Below, one piece after another: positions 15,669-18,388 of a DNA stretch of 18,388 bases. How positions within the stretch are numbered: position 1 is the stretch's first letter; each line of letters starts with the position of its first letter. A program made the translations under genes and the position numbers. The stretch is from Candidatus Heimdallarchaeota archaeon (GTDB taxonomy: Archaea > Asgardarchaeota > Heimdallarchaeia > Heimdallarchaeales > Kariarchaeaceae). Below the pieces are notes generated by a model. That model was not told the DNA's origin. It was given only the letters and a program-made list of their open reading frames with translations, and searched no databases. The stretch spans positions 1-18,388 of the forward strand of contig WAKA01000054.1 in NCBI GenBank assembly GCA_015523565.1, given 5' to 3'.

Positions 15669-16064
15669 TTATAGTTTGTCAATGATCTTGGAAACTAGAT
15701 TTCTAAAATCAGACTGTTGTTTTTCAATGGCATCAGTTTGACTCATTATGATTTTTTCAAGTTTTTGAGTCACATCAGCAATATCTTCCATCTTTTCCTC
15801 GATTTTTTCGATTCTTCCAACCTTTTCCTCGATTTTTTCAATCCTTTCCTCAATGGCACCTATATCATCGGTGAGGCTTTTTATTTCTGCTTTTAAGTTT
15901 TCCATCAACAAAATCCTTTCTTCCTCGCTCTGTAAGATGTCCTCAAATTCCGTCTTACTTATACTGATCAAATCCTCGTCTGGATCCAAATAACTTCGGA
16001 CACTTTCTGCTACTTCTGAAGCAATCACTTCATCCGCCTTTTCCTCAAGTTCACTTCTTGACAC
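15669..16064 (-). CDS. Acidic coiled-coil hypothetical protein
   Basis: Heptad-rich LKAEIKSLTDDIGAIEERIEKIEEKVGRIEKIEEKMEDI. GTG at 16064 (MSRSELEEK) is preferred over 16139 because a TTATTAATATA box lies about 30-40 nt upstream. Confidence 0.7.
   Translation of the reverse strand: MSRSELEEKADEVIASEVAESVRSYLDPDEDLISISKTEFEDILQSEEERILLMENLKAEIKSLTDDIGAIEERIEKIEEKVGRIEKIEEKMEDIADVTQKLEKIIMSQTDAIEKQQSDFRNLVSKIIDKL
15792..15839. repeat. Intragenic direct repeat, 30-bp period
   Basis: cttttcctcgattttttc at 15792-15809 and 15822-15839, encoding EKIEEK twice. Confidence 0.8.
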
Positions 16065-16239
16065 AAATATCCCTATAGTAGGCAATATTCTTTCGTATAT
16101 TAATAAAATATTCGTCTTGTGTTGCCGTACGACGAACAAGCGTAATAAACAACAAGTGAGTCAGGTTCTTTTTTTCCATTCGGTTTTTCGTTTGCCTGAA
16201 GGCTCGCAAAACAAGTCCTTTTACCTCGAAAATCACGAA

Positions 16240-16677
16240 TATGAACTTAATCTCAATTTTACATTCCTCATTTGAAAAATGCTCTGCTATTACATCAACC
16301 CTTTGCTCAGCTTCAAACCTGAGATTGGTGAAGAGAAGATTTGTAAAAAGAATTTGACCTGCTTCCTAGCTTCTGTACAAAAGGATCTTGGGCGGTTTCC
16401 TTCCGAATTTGGTGGTCTCTTCATTGCAGATCTTGTGAACATCCACAAATCATTCAGAAAACGGAGAGTTATTTATTTTCCTGTCTACTTTGGGAAAAAT
16501 TGGACGGATAATAATTGAGTTTCATGGAATAACATTGTAAATGTCAGAATACATCCAATCAACTATAATACCAATCCCTGCAACACTAACTGAAACATAT
16601 GAATAATGAAACAATGCAGTTCCCAACATGAAAGATAAAACAAAACCATAAGGTTCAGAGAATAACCCAGTATCCAT
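16240..16677 (-). pseudogene. Possible decayed paralog of the membrane protein at 17772-18388
   Basis: One frame from ATG 16677 with stops at 16522-24, 16450-52 and 16366-68. Ordered short matches: GTALFHY vs GASLFHF, ICNEETTKFGRK vs IVNEEFLRYSSK, and RFE vs RFE. Confidence 0.3.
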
Positions 16678-16713
16678 TTCAATTAAGTCTACTATTCAAT
16701 AGGAATTCATGAT

Positions 16714-17715
16714 TTAGGTTTCATTCATTTCAAATTGATGTTTTTCAATGCATGCATTCTCAGAATACGCAATGGCTAGTGCAATGGACAACATCATGAG
16801 GTCTTTTGTCCTTTTCTCCAATGAACTAGTAAATATTTCCAAGCATTTTTCCCAAACTAAAACTATCTTTTCTTCTTTTCCTAAGTCATAAAAGAACCCA
16901 TCCCAATGTTTCCACTCTTCCTCCTTTATCCATTGCTTCTGTTCCTCACTTGGTCGAAAACCAATTTGATTTTCAATTTTTTCACTTGCAACCTCCAGAT
17001 GTTCAGTATCACTTAAAATAAACAATCTTGGATGATAGATATCATGGGTGGAATGCTTTTTCACAAAGGGATTATCCAAATAGTTAATTGCCACGAAATC
17101 ATATTCTCCTTTCCTCTTATTCATTAATCTTAATGCATGCTCTTTTGTAATCCAAGTTTCTTCAAGACGATTTCCTGCCAAGTCAATGATGCAAACATTT
17201 GCTGGAACCTTTTCCAACCAATCACTTGGAAGCGAATACAAATCGAGCTCAGTCAGGTTCAGCACACCGTGTCTAATCATGAGGACAGAGAAAGTCCTGG
17301 AGGTCAATTTTTTGCCTTTCAGTGGAAATGAGGGAAGGTAGGCTGTCCTGCCAATATGTTGAAAAAACCTGCTGAGTGCCATGTAAGGTTCATATAGCTC
17401 ATGATTCCTGAACAGAAGGTGGAGAAACCTGTATTTGACAAAGAAATAGCCGAAAGTAAACAGGAGAACCGGAATGTCAACAGGATCAAATACATTGTAT
17501 ACCCCAAGAACCGAAAAGAAGAGATAGCCCCCAAGGCAGAGCAGGTAGCCTTTCAGCACCTTTTTCATGGAAATTTCTATGATGAGTCTGTCCTTATGCA
17601 AAAAAATAAGGTATAACGGAACCAAGGTCAAATAATACAGCCACCAAATCGTTTCTTGGATATACCTTCTATCTGCATACCGAAATGCTATCGGGAAATA
17701 AAGGAATCCCATCAA
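16714..17715 (-). CDS. Membrane protein with LRR-like repeats
   Basis: About 4 N-terminal TM segments, then VLNLTELDLYSLP, IIDLAGNRL and INYLDNPF (LxLxxNxL / LxxNP LRR patterns). The frame stays open upstream, so the start may be CTG 17775. Confidence 0.6.
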   Translation of the reverse strand: MMGFLYFPIAFRYADRRYIQETIWWLYYLTLVPLYLIFLHKDRLIIEISMKKVLKGYLLCLGGYLFFSVLGVYNVFDPVDIPVLLFTFGYFFVKYRFLHLLFRNHELYEPYMALSRFFQHIGRTAYLPSFPLKGKKLTSRTFSVLMIRHGVLNLTELDLYSLPSDWLEKVPANVCIIDLAGNRLEETWITKEHALRLMNKRKGEYDFVAINYLDNPFVKKHSTHDIYHPRLFILSDTEHLEVASEKIENQIGFRPSEEQKQWIKEEEWKHWDGFFYDLGKEEKIVLVWEKCLEIFTSSLEKRTKDLMMLSIALAIAYSENACIEKHQFEMNET

Positions 17716-17771
17716 TTCCCACGAATACGGGGATTTCTTCGCGATGTTCCACCACAGCGCAAGTCTTCTTT

Positions 17772-18388
17772 TCAGTCCATCAACTCTCCTGCCAATGATG
17801 CATAAAGATAGCTCACGACTAGATGATACACCACCAACCCGAAATAAATAATTAATCTTTGATTTAAGTTATTTTCCTCTACTTCTTTTATCATTTGACG
17901 TTCGAATCTATCGGATGTTTCTGAAAAAAAATTCCTTTCCTGTCTTGAATATCGTTTCTGCCTTCCTAAATGTTCTAGTTTAGAGGAATATCGTAAAAAT
18001 TCTTCATTTACGATCTCAATAGTTTGATAAACTGTTTTTCGATCAATTATTACATGTTTGCAACCTGCCATGAATAAGGCAAAATAGGTTAAAATATTCG
18101 TCAAAATTCCTATCTCCATCAAAGGTTTGCCAGTAATCCATTCAAACCAAGCAGGAAAGAAATTCTTCACAATATCAAGCAATGGCGCTAAAATCAATAT
18201 TTCAAAGATTGGATTCATTTTGGGAAACATAAACAGTATCCCCAACTGCAACAGCGAGATGCCTAGAATGAAATGGAAGAGCGATGCCCCAGCCAGATGG
18301 AGCGCAACAGTTTCTGCATCCTCATTCCCTCCAGTCAAGGTGCTGGCACCCACGAAATTCAACACTAGGTTTATGACCAAGCTCCCCA
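17772..18388 (-). CDS. Hypothetical multi-pass membrane protein, 5' end beyond the window
   Basis: Frame is open to the window edge. Several hydrophobic segments, a charged helical loop and a C-terminal TM. Confidence 0.65.
   Translation of the reverse strand, partial: GSLVINLVLNFVGASTLTGGNEDAETVALHLAGASLFHFILGISLLQLGILFMFPKMNPIFEILILAPLLDIVKNFFPAWFEWITGKPLMEIGILTNILTYFALFMAGCKHVIIDRKTVYQTIEIVNEEFLRYSSKLEHLGRQKRYSRQERNFFSETSDRFERQMIKEVEENNLNQRLIIYFGLVVYHLVVSYLYASLAGELMD

Noticed and set aside
16279-16518. 79-aa + strand ORF
   Set aside because: No recognisable motif, and it lies antisense to the better-supported relic frame. It cannot be fully excluded.
16366-16524. Selenocysteine/pyrrolysine readthrough of in-frame TGA/TAG
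   Set aside because: Mixed stop types, no redox motif context and no recognisable SECIS. All other genes use these codons as stops.

Overview
AT-rich (roughly one-third G+C by eye), gene-dense prokaryotic window, most likely from an archaeon and probably an Asgard (Heimdallarchaeia-like) one. This is an inference from TATA-like boxes about 25-30 nt upstream of many starts, an archaeal-ATPase-type N-terminus at the left edge, an Asgard-style 7TM + longin-like fusion, an LLM-class oxidoreductase and a sequon-rich membrane-anchored surface protein. Recognisable genes: Wzx-like flippase, lipoate-protein ligase, two TSUP/TauE transporters, RusA resolvase, LURP-one/scramblase-fold protein, NUDIX hydrolase, VIT1/CCC1 transporter, glucokinase and an LLM oxidoreductase. 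No rRNA, tRNA, CRISPR array, integrase, reverse transcriptase or classical transposase was seen. The main leads are: (1) a 7-TM receptor-like protein fused to a cytoplasmic longin-like domain, in a co-directional cluster with a surface glycoprotein, RusA and a scramblase-fold protein, and facing a probable pseudokinase; (2) an Rpn-like PD-(D/E)xK nuclease with a recently expanded GC-rich 27/54-bp C-terminal repeat, a candidate internal start (possible intragenic antitoxin) and a hairpin-rich 470-bp downstream region; (3) a membrane protein with LRR-like repeats and a possible CTG start; (4) an 18-bp motif shared by two divergent promoters 9.5 kb apart. All family calls are by-eye motif recognition, not database searches.
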